A DNA stretch of 24,000 nt, from NCBI GenBank assembly GCA_000169075.1, contig AAVT01000001.1, positions 547,201 to 571,200 of the forward strand, written 5' to 3'. Under the pieces are notes generated by a model, which was not told where the DNA came from, searched no databases, and saw only the letters and a program-made list of their open reading frames with translations. The DNA comes from a marine gamma proteobacterium HTCC2143 (lineage in GTDB: Bacteria; Pseudomonadota; Gammaproteobacteria; Pseudomonadales; Dasaniaceae). The first letter of the stretch is position 1, and each line of letters begins with the position of its first letter. Made by a program: the position numbers and the translations under genes. This document shows, piece after piece, positions 9,138 to 20,562 of this stretch.

Positions 9138-9899
9138 ATGACAAAATCACAAACCGACTCCAACAGCACTCATTTCGGCTACAAGACTGTGGAAAAAGGT
9201 AACAAGGAAGAAATGGTTGCTGGCGTATTCCACTCCGTAGCGGCCAAATACGACCTGATGAATGATCTCATGTCTGCTGGCGTGCATCGTATTTGGAAAC
9301 GCTTCACAATAGAGCTTTCAGGCGTAAGGCCAGGGCACCATGTTCTGGATATCGCTGGAGGAACTGGTGATCTAGCCGCAAAGTTCAGTAAAATTGTGGG
9401 GCAACATGGCCGCGTGGTGCTCGCCGACATCAACGAGTCTATGCTGCGAGTGGGTCGAGACAAAATGACCGACAGCGGCATTGTCGGCAATATAGAATAC
9501 ACAATGGCAAATGCAGAGTGCCTACCCTTTCCTGACAATACTTTTGACTGCATCACCATCTCTTTCGGTTTGCGCAATGTTACCGACAAAGACGCCGCCT
9601 TGCGATCAATGAACCGCGTGCTAAAACCCGGCGGCCGTTTGTTGGTATTAGAATTTTCCAAGCCCGGTAATGCCTTATTAAGTAAGGCTTATGATACGTA
9701 TTCTTTCAAACTGTTGCCAAAGATAGGTAAGTTAATCACCAACGATGAAGACAGCTATCGCTATCTGGCTGAAAGTATTCGCATGCATCCTGATCAGGAC
9801 ACGTTAAAAGCAATGATGGAAGATGCTGGATTTGCGCGCTGTGAATACCACAATATGACCGGTGGTATCGTCGCCGTTCATAAAGGAATAAAACCTTGA
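9138..9899 (+). CDS. ubiE: Demethylmenaquinone/ubiquinone C-methyltransferase UbiE
   Basis: The protein shows near-continuous similarity to UbiE ([27 protein letters not shown] motif [24 protein letters not shown]). The ATG at 9138 gives the canonical length. The 9069 start adds a hydrophobic extension with no precedent. Confidence 0.95.
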   Translation: MTKSQTDSNSTHFGYKTVEKGNKEEMVAGVFHSVAAKYDLMNDLMSAGVHRIWKRFTIELSGVRPGHHVLDIAGGTGDLAAKFSKIVGQHGRVVLADINESMLRVGRDKMTDSGIVGNIEYTMANAECLPFPDNTFDCITISFGLRNVTDKDAALRSMNRVLKPGGRLLVLEFSKPGNALLSKAYDTYSFKLLPKIGKLITNDEDSYRYLAESIRMHPDQDTLKAMMEDAGFARCEYHNMTGGIVAVHKGIKP

Positions 9900-10549
9900 T
9901 AGTCAGCAATACCCTTCACACCGCTGCAATTGCAACACTGGAAGCTGCCATCAATAAAGCGCTGCAAATGGACCCTGCAACACTCATCAAATTGAACACG
10001 TTGCAAAACCATGTGTTCTCACTGCACTGCACCGCACCCGAGCTGAGCCTCTATTTCATACCCGGTGAAAACGAGATCCGTCTCTGTAGCATGTTTGATG
10101 GTGAGGCCAACACAAGACTCACAGGTAGTGCCCAGGAATTTATAAAACTGGCAACAGCAACAGATCCCGCTAGCGCACTAATCAATGGCGACCTGGAACT
10201 TCATGGCAATAGTCAGGCGCTAATCCATTTGCAAAAGATCTTCAAGCAGCTAGATATTGACTGGGAAGCGTCCCTCGCCTCTATTTTTGGCGATATCATT
10301 GGCCACCAAATGGGGCGAGATATCCGCCGAGGCGTACGCTTCGGATTACAGGCGCTCAAAGGGATTAAACGGCAGGTCGACGACTATTTGATTGAAGAAA
10401 GCGACTTGCTGCCACCGCGCTGGCAAGCAGATCGCTTTTACAATGATGTCGATCAGCTAACGATGCGCACTGAACGCTTACAAGCGCAAATTCAAAAACT
10501 TTGGCAAAGTGCCACAGATAATCTGACCATAAATCGTCGAGAGCAGTAG
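9896..10549 (+). CDS. ubiJ: Ubiquinone biosynthesis accessory factor UbiJ (SCP2 domain, YigP-like)
   Basis: The 217-aa ORF has an SCP2-like N-terminal half ([31 protein letters not shown]) and a coiled-coil C-terminus. Its TTG start overlaps the ubiE stop (TTGA). It lies between ubiE and ubiB. Confidence 0.8.
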   Translation: MIVSNTLHTAAIATLEAAINKALQMDPATLIKLNTLQNHVFSLHCTAPELSLYFIPGENEIRLCSMFDGEANTRLTGSAQEFIKLATATDPASALINGDLELHGNSQALIHLQKIFKQLDIDWEASLASIFGDIIGHQMGRDIRRGVRFGLQALKGIKRQVDDYLIEESDLLPPRWQADRFYNDVDQLTMRTERLQAQIQKLWQSATDNLTINRREQ

Positions 10550-10561
10550 AAGGGGTCATTT

Positions 10562-12184
10562 GTGTCACGCATTTTACGACTTGGCAAAATCGCGCGTGTT
10601 GTTACACGTTTCCGACTCGATACATTTGTCGACAAAAGCCAGCTCCCCACCTCACTGGCAATTTTATTTAGTATTGCCCCCTGGCGATTATTTCCGATAC
10701 CGGATCAAACGCGGGGCGCACGTTTGCGTCAGGTACTTGAAGAGTTGGGGCCTATTTTTGTTAAGTTTGGTCAAATGTTATCAACTCGAAGGGATTTATT
10801 ACCCGACGACATTATCGATGAGCTGGCAAAACTTCAGGATCAGGTACCACCGTTTCCGTCGCAGCAAGCTGTCGACATTATTGAGGGCGCTCTAGGTAAG
10901 TCTGTCGACGACCTTTTTGCACAGTTCAGCTCACAACCTATGGCCTCTGCGTCGGTGGCTCAGGTTCATGCCGCTACCTTATTCAGCGGTGAAGAAGTCG
11001 TTGTAAAAGTTGTTCGTCCTGGTATCGAACTGACCATACTGCAAGACATCAAACTGCTTTTTACGCTGGCGGAGTTAATAGAAAAATATTTCCCAGATGG
11101 ACGCCGCTTACGCCCTGTAGATGTCGTCAATGATTATCAAATCACCATACTTGATGAATTAGATCTTCAAAGAGAAGGCGGCAACACTTCACAACTGCGA
11201 CGAAATTTTGTCGACTCTGACCTTTTATATGTACCCGAAGTCTATTGGGACTTTACTAATCGTCAGGTACTGACCATGGAAAGAATCCATGGCATTCCCG
11301 TCACCGATGTCAAAGCACTGGAACAACAGAATACCAATATGCAGGCGCTGGCTGAACGGGGGGTTGAAATATTTTTTACTCAGGTTTTTCGAGACAGCTT
11401 CTTTCACGCAGATATGCATCCGGGCAATATTTTTGTATCCAAACAGAATCCTGAAAAACCTCAATACATCGCCATAGACTGCGCAATTATCGGCTCCCTA
11501 AGTGAATCTGATCAATATTATATGGCACGTAATCTTCTCGCTATTTTCCAACGCGATTACAGGTTGGTAGCTGAATTACATATTGAATGTGGGTGGATTC
11601 CTGCAGAAACCCACGTTCACGAATTTGAATCAGTGATGAGAAGCGTGTGTGAACCCATATTCGAAAAACCTCTGGCGGAGATTTCCTTCGGACAGCTGCT
11701 TATATCTCTATTTGAGACCGCTCGGCGTTTTGAGATGGAGGTGCAGCCATCACTCGTATTGCTGCAAAAAACACTGCTCAACATAGAGGGTTTGGGTCGC
11801 GAGCTATATCCGCAACTAAATCTCTGGGATACTGCACAACCCTTTTTAGAAAAGTGGATAAAAGACCGCTATGCCCCCAGCGGAGTTTACAAACGATTAC
11901 GTAAACACATACCAGCCTTTCTCGAACAACTGCCACATCTACCGGAGACCTTACTGGAAAGCCTGAACCAGCCGAAACAGCTACCCGCCAATAACGATCA
12001 GGCGCAACGCCTCCAACGATTAGAACAGGCATTAGAATCGCAGCGTAATCGCAGTAGCTACCTAATCATTGGACTAATTGCTCTATTAGCGATCACCAAC
12101 CCCCACGTCAATGCAGCATTAGCTCAATTGCCGGTTCCCGGGTGGGCTGCGATCATCATCCTATTACTCTGGCTGCGACGCTGA
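10562..12184 (+). CDS. ubiB: Ubiquinone biosynthesis regulatory kinase-like protein UbiB (ABC1/ADCK family)
   Basis: The 540-aa ORF starts at a GTG preceded by GAAGGGG. It carries ABC1 motifs ([39 protein letters not shown]) and two C-terminal TM helices. Confidence 0.95.
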   Translation: MSRILRLGKIARVVTRFRLDTFVDKSQLPTSLAILFSIAPWRLFPIPDQTRGARLRQVLEELGPIFVKFGQMLSTRRDLLPDDIIDELAKLQDQVPPFPSQQAVDIIEGALGKSVDDLFAQFSSQPMASASVAQVHAATLFSGEEVVVKVVRPGIELTILQDIKLLFTLAELIEKYFPDGRRLRPVDVVNDYQITILDELDLQREGGNTSQLRRNFVDSDLLYVPEVYWDFTNRQVLTMERIHGIPVTDVKALEQQNTNMQALAERGVEIFFTQVFRDSFFHADMHPGNIFVSKQNPEKPQYIAIDCAIIGSLSESDQYYMARNLLAIFQRDYRLVAELHIECGWIPAETHVHEFESVMRSVCEPIFEKPLAEISFGQLLISLFETARRFEMEVQPSLVLLQKTLLNIEGLGRELYPQLNLWDTAQPFLEKWIKDRYAPSGVYKRLRKHIPAFLEQLPHLPETLLESLNQPKQLPANNDQAQRLQRLEQALESQRNRSSYLIIGLIALLAITNPHVNAALAQLPVPGWAAIIILLLWLRR

Positions 12185-12228
12185 ATATTCTGTGTCATAA
12201 TGCCGTTCTTATTCCAATACGATAACCG

Positions 12229-12645
12229 ATGACCGAGACAAGTTTGCACGATACCGGCAATGAAGAATTTTTGGATCAAGTCCTCTGGAATAGCGACGGC
12301 TTGATACCTGTTATCGCCCAAGATTACTTAAACAATGATATTCTGATGGTCGCTTGGATGAACCGTGAGGCTTTGGTTCTGTCTGTTGCCGAACAGCGTG
12401 CAGTATATTGGTCGCGGTCACGTAAAAGGCTGTGGCGTAAGGGAGAAGAGTCAGGGAATGTGCAATCGATCAAGGAAATACGCATTGATTGCGACGAAGA
12501 TGTGATTATTTTGAAAGTAGAACAGTTAGGCGGTATCGCCTGTCATACAGGAACACGCAGTTGCTTCTATCGTAAACTCGACAACGGCGTATGGAAAACT
12601 GTAGAAAAAGTGATCAAAGATCCCAAAGAAATGTATACAAAATAA
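12229..12645 (+). CDS. hisI: Phosphoribosyl-AMP cyclohydrolase HisI
   Basis: The 138-aa ORF carries HisI motifs ([49 protein letters not shown]). Confidence 0.95.
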   Translation: MTETSLHDTGNEEFLDQVLWNSDGLIPVIAQDYLNNDILMVAWMNREALVLSVAEQRAVYWSRSRKRLWRKGEESGNVQSIKEIRIDCDEDVIILKVEQLGGIACHTGTRSCFYRKLDNGVWKTVEKVIKDPKEMYTK

Positions 12646-12666
12646 CCATTGCAAGTGACCCAACGT

Positions 12667-12996
12667 ATGAGTGACGTAATACAACAATTGACAGCCATAT
12701 TGGAACAGCGTAAAAAAAGCGCGGATCCCGACTCTTCATATGTTGCTAGTCTGCATCACCAAGGGCTGAACAAAATTCTCGAGAAAGTCGGTGAAGAAGC
12801 TAACGAGACAATTATCGCCGCCAAAGACTCAGAACAAACCGGTGATACGAAAGCGGTGGTCTATGAAACTGCCGATTTGTGGTTTCATTCGCTGGTGATG
12901 TTGTCACATCTTGGAGCAAACGGCATTGATGTCGTCAATGAGCTAGCCAAACGCTTTGATATGTCGGGACTTGAGGAAAAAGCATCACGTAAATAG
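12667..12996 (+). CDS. hisE: Phosphoribosyl-ATP pyrophosphatase HisE
   Basis: The protein has a MazG-like all-alpha signature (SYVASL...[22 protein letters not shown]...ETADLWFH). I chose the ATG at 12667. A TTG at 12649 would add 6 residues. Confidence 0.9.
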   Translation: MSDVIQQLTAILEQRKKSADPDSSYVASLHHQGLNKILEKVGEEANETIIAAKDSEQTGDTKAVVYETADLWFHSLVMLSHLGANGIDVVNELAKRFDMSGLEEKASRK

Positions 12997-13087
12997 CCGC
13001 TATCTCAATGCGGCAATGTAACAATCATATTAATTTCGGTCGCCTTAACAGTGGCGGCTCACTAGAAAGCAATGTTGGAGAGTGACT

Positions 13088-13318
13088 ATGGGCTTAGGTG
13101 GTATTAGCATTTGGCAGTTATTGATTATTCTGGCTATCGTGGTCATGCTGTTCGGCACCAAACGTTTACGAAATATCGGTGGCGACTTGGGTGAAGCGAT
13201 AAAAGGTTTTAAAAACAGCATGTCTAACGATCCCGATGAAAAAAAGCAAAATGACGATGAGCAAACATTGTCTGACAATGAAGGTGTCGAGGTTGATAAC
13301 AAAGACAACGATAAATGA
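13088..13318 (+). CDS. tatA: Twin-arginine translocase subunit TatA
   Basis: The sequence [42 protein letters not shown] is a canonical TatA TM helix plus amphipathic helix. The ATG at 13088 follows GGAGAG. A GTG at 13082 is the alternative start. Confidence 0.92.
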   Translation: MGLGGISIWQLLIILAIVVMLFGTKRLRNIGGDLGEAIKGFKNSMSNDPDEKKQNDDEQTLSDNEGVEVDNKDNDK

Positions 13319-13329
13319 TAAGACACTAG

Positions 13330-13728
13330 ATGTTTGATATCGGATTTCAGGAACTACTTCTCATCGGCATAATGTCATTGCTCATTATGGGGCCGGAACG
13401 ACTTCCGGGTGCGATTCGCACCTCGAGTCTGTGGATCGCCAGATTACGCCGTAGCTTTCAGCAAATTAAATCTGAGATCGAGCGGGAGGTTGGTGCTGAT
13501 GAAATTAGACAGCAGATACGCAACGAATCAATAATGAAAGATTTGGAAAATACAAAAAACGCAATTCAAGAGCAAATTCAAATGGTCTCTGATGAGATCC
13601 CATCACAGTTTGAAAATTTACCCTACGATTCAAACAGCAGTGACACCAACGCCGCGCCAGAACCGGAAAGCAGTATTAGCCAAGAAGCTGATGATACGAA
13701 CGTTATCGCGCCTGAAAGTAAACCATGA
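13330..13728 (+). CDS. tatB: Twin-arginine translocase subunit TatB
   Basis: [26 protein letters not shown] is a canonical TatB N-terminus, followed by an acidic, disordered C-terminus. Confidence 0.92.
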   Translation: MFDIGFQELLLIGIMSLLIMGPERLPGAIRTSSLWIARLRRSFQQIKSEIEREVGADEIRQQIRNESIMKDLENTKNAIQEQIQMVSDEIPSQFENLPYDSNSSDTNAAPEPESSISQEADDTNVIAPESKP

Positions 13729-14477
13729 CTGACACTGAAAAAAATCAAGACCAGGCGCAGCCATTGGTAAGCCACCTTACTGAGCTACGAGATAGATTGC
13801 TGCGCTGCGTATTGGCAATTTTAGTGGTCTTCTTTAGTCTCTTTTATTTCGCTAATGACATATATTATTTTGTTTCAGAGCCTCTGCGAGTATTGTTGCC
13901 AGAGGGAACTAGTATGATTGCTACAGAAGTAGCGTCCCCATTTTTAACGCCCTTCAAGCTAACTTTAGTCGCTTCGTTGATCCTTGCAATGCCTATTATT
14001 CTTTACCAAGTCTGGGGTTTCATTGCTCCGGGTATGTACCGTTCAGAAAAACGTATTGCCATTCCATTACTGGCTTCTAGCATCGTCTTATTCTACGCAG
14101 GTCTGGCCTTCGCGTATTACGTAGTCTTTCCGCTGATTTTTGGCTTTTTCAGCGGCGTAGGACCAGAAGGTGTCGCCTACACTCCTGATATTGCCCGCTT
14201 CCTTGATATCGTATTGAAATTATTTTTTGCGTTTGGCGTCGCCTTCGAAATTCCTATCGCAACTATATTGTTGATTTGGGCTGGTATCACAACACCTGAA
14301 ACCCTCTCTGAAAAACGCCCTTATATTGTTGTTGGGTGTTTTGTGTTTGGCATGCTGCTGACACCACCCGATATAATTTCGCAAGCACTGCTAGCATTAC
14401 CGATGTGGCTACTTTTTGAATTTGGCGTCTTCTTTGGTCGTTTTATTCACCCTCGAGAGGACGAAAAGACCACGTAA
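13725..14477 (+). CDS. tatC: Twin-arginine translocase subunit TatC
   Basis: The 250-aa ORF has six predicted TM helices and TatC motifs ([19 protein letters not shown]). It overlaps tatB by 4 nt. Confidence 0.95.
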   Translation: MTDTEKNQDQAQPLVSHLTELRDRLLRCVLAILVVFFSLFYFANDIYYFVSEPLRVLLPEGTSMIATEVASPFLTPFKLTLVASLILAMPIILYQVWGFIAPGMYRSEKRIAIPLLASSIVLFYAGLAFAYYVVFPLIFGFFSGVGPEGVAYTPDIARFLDIVLKLFFAFGVAFEIPIATILLIWAGITTPETLSEKRPYIVVGCFVFGMLLTPPDIISQALLALPMWLLFEFGVFFGRFIHPREDEKTT

Positions 14478-14840
14478 CTTTACGTCGACAAGTTATTAGC
14501 AGGGTCTACTAGACGAGATAGCCGGATATCCTTCAGCGCCTGATTCTGAGTCACGAACAGCCCCTAGTTTTTTAGCAGCATGTATTAGATCATTCATATC
14601 GAATATCCCCACAATTTACCCAAAAGCCACCGTCGACCTGCAAATTGAGCGTAATAGATATCTCGTCAGCTTTCGATTATTGAAGTGCTTATTAAACCAT
14701 AAGACCTCTTATTAATTCATATTCCCCTACAAATTCACTTCATTTTCCGCTACCCTGATCCCCCGTATGCGCTAATGGGAATGCCGGCAAGGCTCCATCC
14801 GCTAACCTATTTTAAGCACGTATCTTTGGTATTCAATCTA

Positions 14841-16832
14841 ATGTTTGACAACAGCACCCTCTCTCAACTGAAACAATTAAAAAAAGACATCGAAGACAGC
14901 AAGGAATATGCTGAGGGCATTGTCAAAGGGACTCAACGCAAGTTCGGCTTCGTTGTATTGGCAGATGGCCGGGAAATTTTCCTCAATCCCGATGAAATGA
15001 CAAAAGTTTTTCCTGGTGATAACGTCAAGATCCTGATCACCACGGAACAAAGCAAGACTAAAGACAAAAATGCTAAACCCAAAGTAAGCGGAGTTTTGCA
15101 GGCACTACTGCAATCCCCGCTTAAAGAATTTAATGGGCGCTATATTATCAAAGGGCAGGGGCATTTCGTCGAGCCTGACCTGCCGCAGCTGAATCGATGG
15201 ATCTTTATACCTCCAGCTGCAAGAAAAAATGCCGCCGCAGGCGACTATATTCGTTGTAAATTAAGCCGTCATCCATATCCTAATGAAAAGCCGCAGGCAA
15301 AAATACTAGAGGTCATCGGCAATCTTGAGAAAAAAGGTATTGAGACAGAGTATGTAACGAGCAAATTCCAGTTGGACCCTGTGTGGAAAGATAACTGGGA
15401 AGAGTCCTTAGCCGATATAGACTTCTCACAACGTAAGGACATGCAAGACATACCCTTTGTTACCATCGATGCAGCTAGCACTAGAGATATGGATGACGCG
15501 TTGTATGTAAGTAAATCTGACAATGGATGGAGATTGCTGGTCGCTATTGCTGATCCCGGTGCATTTATTATTTCAAACTCTGAGCTGGATAAACAAATAG
15601 CTCAACGAGCAATATCAACATACATGCCCGGCTATGCTATCCCTATGCTACCCGCTAAGTTGGCTAATGATTTATGCTCCCTTGCCCCAGACCAAGTTCG
15701 CCCGGCACTGATTTGCCAGATTGATATCAACGCCACCGGGGACATCGTGAGCCACAATATCGTTGAGGCCGTAATGTCTTCTAAGGCAAAACTAAGCTAC
15801 GACGACGTATCGAGATTTTTGGACCAGCGCGATGACACCATAACGTCGGCCGACTGCAGCAATCATGGCCATGTATTAACTCAGCTCAAAGAACTGTCCG
15901 ATGCTCTATTAATAAATCGCAAAGAAAACCATTTAGTTATACCGAATCGCCCCGACCTACGTCTTGTTCTTAACGCTAACGGCAAAATGGATCGTATAGA
16001 ACTGCAAAATAAAAATTCAGCGAGTCAAGTTGTTGAGGAGTGTATGATCTTAGCTAATCGTTGCGTCACCCAAATACTTGACGATGACGCGATTTTTGTC
16101 AGCCACCCGGGTTTTCGCCCGGAGCGAGTTGCCGATGTTTGTAAGCTAGCAGAAGAGCAGTTGTCGCTAACCGACATAGACGTCACTCAGCCGGATGGTT
16201 ATCGACACATTATGAAATCTATTGATGATGATGCACTGGATTTTCCTCTTCGCGCCGTCCTGAGCCGCTTATTATCGAGGGCTAGGTTAAGTAACAAGCG
16301 CCTGCCACATTTTGGAATGGGATTATCTTCATATACTACTTTTACCTCCCCGATTCGAAAATATACTGATTTGTTAGTACACAGAATCATCAAAGAAAAG
16401 TTACGTGGCCTTCCTCCAACTCGCTGCAGTGATGAGCAGCTAGAAGCAATCCAGCAGCGACAGGATAACTCTCGGCAGGCTCGTTCACAGATGGAACAAT
16501 GGCTAAAATGTCAATTTATACAACCGCTAGTCGGTCAAAATTTTATCGGGCGAGTGTCACAAATAAACAGTAATGGTTTTACTGTTCGTATAGATGAAAA
16601 CCTCATTGAGGGATTTGTAGAAACACGAATTTTACCCGACAAATACAGCTTCGATCCAATGAGACTTAGGCTCAAGAGTAAAACACTCACCATAGAATTG
16701 GATCAAGCTATCGAGATCATTGTTAAGGAAGTCGATTGCGACCAACGCAGTATACGCTTTACTCTTCCGATAGCCGCTCAGCAAGCACAACCTGAAGCAC
16801 AAAAGAAAGTCTCTGCCGATGGCACAAAATAA
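14841..16832 (+). CDS. rnb: Exoribonuclease II (RNase II family)
   Basis: The N-terminus MFDNSTLSQLKQLKKD...GFGFV parallels E. coli RNase II. The RNB catalytic motifs FVTIDAASTRDMDDAL and HFGMGLSSYTTFTSPIRKYTDLLVHR are present, with a C-terminal S1 domain. The track start at 14775 adds 22 non-conserved residues. Confidence 0.9.
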   Translation: MFDNSTLSQLKQLKKDIEDSKEYAEGIVKGTQRKFGFVVLADGREIFLNPDEMTKVFPGDNVKILITTEQSKTKDKNAKPKVSGVLQALLQSPLKEFNGRYIIKGQGHFVEPDLPQLNRWIFIPPAARKNAAAGDYIRCKLSRHPYPNEKPQAKILEVIGNLEKKGIETEYVTSKFQLDPVWKDNWEESLADIDFSQRKDMQDIPFVTIDAASTRDMDDALYVSKSDNGWRLLVAIADPGAFIISNSELDKQIAQRAISTYMPGYAIPMLPAKLANDLCSLAPDQVRPALICQIDINATGDIVSHNIVEAVMSSKAKLSYDDVSRFLDQRDDTITSADCSNHGHVLTQLKELSDALLINRKENHLVIPNRPDLRLVLNANGKMDRIELQNKNSASQVVEECMILANRCVTQILDDDAIFVSHPGFRPERVADVCKLAEEQLSLTDIDVTQPDGYRHIMKSIDDDALDFPLRAVLSRLLSRARLSNKRLPHFGMGLSSYTTFTSPIRKYTDLLVHRIIKEKLRGLPPTRCSDEQLEAIQQRQDNSRQARSQMEQWLKCQFIQPLVGQNFIGRVSQINSNGFTVRIDENLIEGFVETRILPDKYSFDPMRLRLKSKTLTIELDQAIEIIVKEVDCDQRSIRFTLPIAAQQAQPEAQKKVSADGTK

Positions 16833-16888
16833 AGCATCACTAACGAGCCATTCGAGTAGTACACCTATTTATTGAGAGTAAGTATGTG

Positions 16889-17188
16889 TTAGCGATGAAT
16901 ATGAGGGCCATGACTTAGCTTTTTTGCGACGATCAATTGCTGTTGGTCCATTTTTCTTTTGACCTTCGCAACTAAAGAAATCATTTCATCAACTGGCATA
17001 GCCCGCAAAAATTCACCAATGTCTCGTCGGGGAGAATGAGTTAACGACCCTTCTATTGACTCGAGGCAGTCGATAATTCTCTCTTCGGTGTCATTCAATA
17101 CCGATTCGGCATCAAAGATTAACTGGGTGAAAACATCTACGATCAACATCTCGTTGATAACACCTTTGTCATTGCTTGCCAGCGGCAT
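16889..17188 (-). CDS. Hypothetical acidic 99-aa protein with basic C-terminal tail
   Basis: The ATG is preceded by a good RBS (GAAGAGGAAATCGCATG) and there is no competing ORF. I recognise no family. It lies downstream of asnS after a 160-nt gap, so it probably has its own promoter. Confidence 0.5.
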   Translation of the reverse strand: MPLASNDKGVINEMLIVDVFTQLIFDAESVLNDTEERIIDCLESIEGSLTHSPRRDIGEFLRAMPVDEMISLVAKVKRKMDQQQLIVAKKLSHGPHIHR

Positions 17189-17348
17189 TGCGATTTCCTC
17201 TTCACGATAACAGCGACGTTAAGCGCCATTGAATCACTTTCTCATTTTTAGTATGGACTACAATCAGAAAATTGCACAAAAACAGATCAAAAATGCTCTT
17301 CTGTTGACACATTTTGGGTCTGATTTACTAAAATACCGAGGAGAGTGG

Positions 17349-18746
17349 TTAAAAAGGTGCGTTCCCTGGCGTTCGAGGATAGGGAATAACATCACGAATA
17401 TTGTCTAATCCGGTAACGTAACTGATAAGTCTTTCGAATCCGAGACCAAAACCTGCGTGTGGTACGGTCCCGTAGCGTCTCAAGTCTCGATACCACCAAA
17501 GGTCGCCGCCGATATTTTGTTCAGCCATTCTCGCGTCCAACACATCAAGTCGTTCCTCGCGCTGACTGCCGCCAATAATTTCTCCAATACCCGGAGCCAG
17601 CACATCCATGGCAGCTACTGTTTTATTGTCGTCATTCATGCGCATATAAAACGCTTTGATCTCTTTGGGGTAGTTCATCACGATGGTAGGTGCACCAATA
17701 TGCTCTTCACACAAAAATCGTTCGTGCTCAGATTGCAAATCAAGACCCCATTTTACTGGAAATTGAAATTTTCGCGGTGCATTTTCAAGGATTCGAATCG
17801 CTTCACTATAATCGATACGCTCGAAATTTTGCTGCGACACTTTTTCTAAACGTTCGTGGCATGTCTTATCGACAAACTGGGTAAAAAACTCTATGTCGTC
17901 ACCACATTTATTAAGCACGGCATTAAATAGATATTTCAAAAAATCTTCTGCCAGCGTCGCGTCATCATTTAAATCAGCGAAAGCTATTTCCGGCTCGACC
18001 ATCCAAAACTCTGCTAGATGACGACTGGTGTTAGAATTTTCTGCTCTGAATGTGGGTCCAAAAGTATAAACTTTCGACATGGCCATACAAAACGCTTCAA
18101 CATTAAGCTGGCCGGAAACCGTCAGAAAAGATTCGTCAGAGAAAAAATCTTTGGTAAAGTCTACACCACCATCAACACCGCGTGGAAGGTTAGTCAGGTC
18201 TAATGAGCTAACTCGGAATAGCTCTCCGGCGCCTTCACAATCGCTGGCAGTAATTATCGGTGTATTGACCCACTGAAAGTCTCTATCAAAGAAGTAGTTA
18301 TGAATAGAGTTTGCTAGTACATTGCGAACGCGAGTCACCGCACCAAAGGTATTTGTCCTCGGACGTAGATGCGCTATTGTACGTAGATACTCAAAACTAT
18401 GCCGCTTCTTCGCGACAGGGTAGGTCTCTGGGTCATCAACCCATCCTACAACCTCAACAGCCGTCGCCTGTATCTCGAAGTTTTGACCCTTGCCTTCAGA
18501 AGTCACCAGCATGCCAGAAACTCTGACAGAACAACCGGCTCCAGCTTGCAGCACCTCGGATTGATAGTTGTCTAGTGTAGTCGGGATCACTGCCTGAATG
18601 GCAGCAAAACAACTGCCGTCATGAATCGCCATAAACGAAATACCAGCTTTTGAGTCGCGCCGACTGCGCACCCAACCCTGAACTGTTACAACCGACTCTG
18701 ATGCCACGCTTCCCGACAATAATGATTTTATCACAGTGGCTGACAT
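17349..18746 (-). CDS. asnS: Asparagine--tRNA ligase
   Basis: The 465-aa ORF has an OB anticodon-binding N-terminus, class II motifs ([21 protein letters not shown]; GFGLGFERL) and the typical AsnRS C-terminus [15 protein letters not shown]. Confidence 0.95.
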   Translation of the reverse strand: MSATVIKSLLSGSVASESVVTVQGWVRSRRDSKAGISFMAIHDGSCFAAIQAVIPTTLDNYQSEVLQAGAGCSVRVSGMLVTSEGKGQNFEIQATAVEVVGWVDDPETYPVAKKRHSFEYLRTIAHLRPRTNTFGAVTRVRNVLANSIHNYFFDRDFQWVNTPIITASDCEGAGELFRVSSLDLTNLPRGVDGGVDFTKDFFSDESFLTVSGQLNVEAFCMAMSKVYTFGPTFRAENSNTSRHLAEFWMVEPEIAFADLNDDATLAEDFLKYLFNAVLNKCGDDIEFFTQFVDKTCHERLEKVSQQNFERIDYSEAIRILENAPRKFQFPVKWGLDLQSEHERFLCEEHIGAPTIVMNYPKEIKAFYMRMNDDNKTVAAMDVLAPGIGEIIGGSQREERLDVLDARMAEQNIGGDLWWYRDLRRYGTVPHAGFGLGFERLISYVTGLDNIRDVIPYPRTPGNAPF

Positions 18747-18866
18747 GACAGCTTTGCCTCATACATAGATCAATGGATGTCATCGCCGACAAATTATGGC
18801 TATGACAGGGGGCGCTATTCTATCGCCATTCGTTGGGGGTCAAGAGATATCCACAACAAACGACAA

Positions 18867-19358
18867 CTAGTTTAGCTGTGAGGACAACCAATCTTTTAGT
18901 GCTGGACCTGTACCCATATCCCAAGGAATTACATCTGCCTTGTTCTGTAGCTTGTACTCAACTAACTCTTCATTGAGACAAATGGTACCGGTAGCTATTA
19001 CGTGAAAGACTATTAATAACTGGTTAGCTCGATGGAAAGCATAATTGCCAACAAATTCAGCGATTTCACCATTAAGACCAAGCTCTTCATTAACTTCTCG
19101 CAACACCGACTCTTCAGGTGTCTCTCCTCTCTCAAGAAAACCCGTGATTAAAGCAAACATGCCTTCTCTCCACTGGGCATTGCGAGCCAACAATACTTGC
19201 CCGTCATACTCTACAATAGCAGCAACGACCGGCGTAGGGTTATCCCAGTTAACAAAACCACAGGCATAGACACATTGGAGCCGAAGCTGGCCATCCAGAT
19301 GCTCACTAACAACACCACCTCCACACTGGGGACAAAATTTAATGACATGTTGATTCAT
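18867..19358 (-). CDS. NUDIX hydrolase with N-terminal zinc-ribbon
   Basis: An N-terminal CPQCG...C..CG zinc ribbon is followed by a Nudix box, GFLERGETPEESVLREVNEELGL (GX5EX7REUXEEXGU). I cannot infer the substrate. Confidence 0.85.
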   Translation of the reverse strand: MNQHVIKFCPQCGGGVVSEHLDGQLRLQCVYACGFVNWDNPTPVVAAIVEYDGQVLLARNAQWREGMFALITGFLERGETPEESVLREVNEELGLNGEIAEFVGNYAFHRANQLLIVFHVIATGTICLNEELVEYKLQNKADVIPWDMGTGPALKDWLSSQLN

Positions 19359-19557
19359 GTTTCGCTCTCGTTCATTCTATAGTCTACTTATAATGGCCGA
19401 TAGGTTAATGGATAATATCGCTCCAGACAACCTACATGACAGCTTCATTATCGAACTCACACAATATCAGGAAGCTTTGAAGACTTTGCGCTGCTAGGGC
19501 CCTGCCACACCCTACTAATTATAACGTCAACAATATCACCCGGAGCATAAGCCTATT

Positions 19558-19938
19558 ATGAACACGCTATTTGAACATGCCCGCTATCTGTCTTTGAGTA
19601 CTCAAAAGAAAGATGGAAGCTATGTAAGTACACCCGTGTGGTTCGCCGCCGACGAATCGAACAGTATTTATTACGTTTTTTCTGCTAAAAAAGCAGGAAA
19701 AGTAAAACGGCTGAAGAATTTTTCAAGTGCCAGTATTGCGCCCTGCACGGTCTCGGGTAAAACAAATGTGGATTCAATACCGGTGACGGCAACACTGATG
19801 GTTGAGGCTGGTGAGGTTAACGATGCACACCAGCTATTAGTGAGAAAATATCGCTGGCAAATGCATCTTTTGGATCTGTTTTCGCAGCTATCGGGAAAGT
19901 ATAACCAACGGCAATTTATAAAAATCACCGGCATGTAG
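19558..19938 (+). CDS. PPOX-class (pyridoxamine 5'-phosphate oxidase-like) split-barrel flavin/deazaflavin-binding family protein
   Basis: The 126-aa ORF has the pattern ARYLSLSTQKKDGSYVSTPVWFA ... GKVKRLKNFSSASIAPC, typical of small PPOX-class proteins. This is a recollection-based assignment. Confidence 0.6.
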   Translation: MNTLFEHARYLSLSTQKKDGSYVSTPVWFAADESNSIYYVFSAKKAGKVKRLKNFSSASIAPCTVSGKTNVDSIPVTATLMVEAGEVNDAHQLLVRKYRWQMHLLDLFSQLSGKYNQRQFIKITGM

Positions 19939-19973
19939 ATCAGGCGCTCACAATACCGGTTTTTACCAATAAC

Positions 19974-20537
19974 TTACTGATTAAGATCGGCATCTTTCCA
20001 AAACTTCGTTCCCTTTACCGTAGCCTGAAGCGCGAGACCAGTGCCTGTCAGCTGATAGATTTTGATGCCGTCCAGAATGACTTCAGCGGCGACGGCCGCG
20101 CCTTTATCATCAGCCTTGGCAGCTGCATCTGCCTGTCCACCAAATGCCCAGCCACTATCAACGAATCGAGTCATCACTTCTCGATTATCGAAAACAAAAA
20201 CTGCTCGGAAATCTTTTGCCCCCAAACCTAAACCAAGCCCAACTTCGCCCATTTTCATGTATGTATTGGTATTACTTGCGTTGTCGACAACAATGCCAAA
20301 ACCATTTCCTACGCTGGCAAAAACGATATTGAAGTTGAGATTACTAAACACCGCATACCCTGGCGCCTTGCGAATCTCAGCACGGGTATCAGGCTTCAAC
20401 TTATAGAGCTCATCAAGTACTTCGAGCTTCATAGTAGCGATGTGAGCCCGTTGCTCCTGCCTGGTTTTACCAGGCGCAGAACAAGCCGTCACCAAAACCA
20501 CTAGCAGCAATGAGATATATCGTAGAGTTAATGACAT
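19974..20537 (-). CDS. SYLF (Ysc84/DUF500)-like lipoprotein
   Basis: The ATG at 20537 is preceded by AAGAGAGG. The signal peptide ends in a lipobox (LLVVLVTAC). The Gly-rich beta pattern (GEVGLGLGLGAKDF..VFVF...SGWAFGGQADAAA) resembles SYLF domains. The longest ORF starts at 20570 and would overlap the upstream gene. Confidence 0.6.
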   Translation of the reverse strand: MSLTLRYISLLLVVLVTACSAPGKTRQEQRAHIATMKLEVLDELYKLKPDTRAEIRKAPGYAVFSNLNFNIVFASVGNGFGIVVDNASNTNTYMKMGEVGLGLGLGAKDFRAVFVFDNREVMTRFVDSGWAFGGQADAAAKADDKGAAVAAEVILDGIKIYQLTGTGLALQATVKGTKFWKDADLNQ

Positions 20538-20562
20538 AGTTGCCTCTCTTATTAAGTTGCGT

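Noticed and set aside
14536-14580. tmRNA-like fragments (CTGATTCTG; TTTAGCAGC resembling the ssrA 5' end and tag-coding region)
   Set aside because: Only ~9-nt matches were found. There is no GGGG 5' end, no in-frame ANDENYALAA-type tag with a stop, and no tRNA-like 3' T-arm or CCA end.
19393-19497. 34-codon ORF (MADRLMDNIAPDNLHDSFIIELTQYQEALKTLRC) in the NUDIX/PPOX divergent spacer
   Set aside because: It has no RBS and no recognisable family, and it lies where two divergent promoters are expected.
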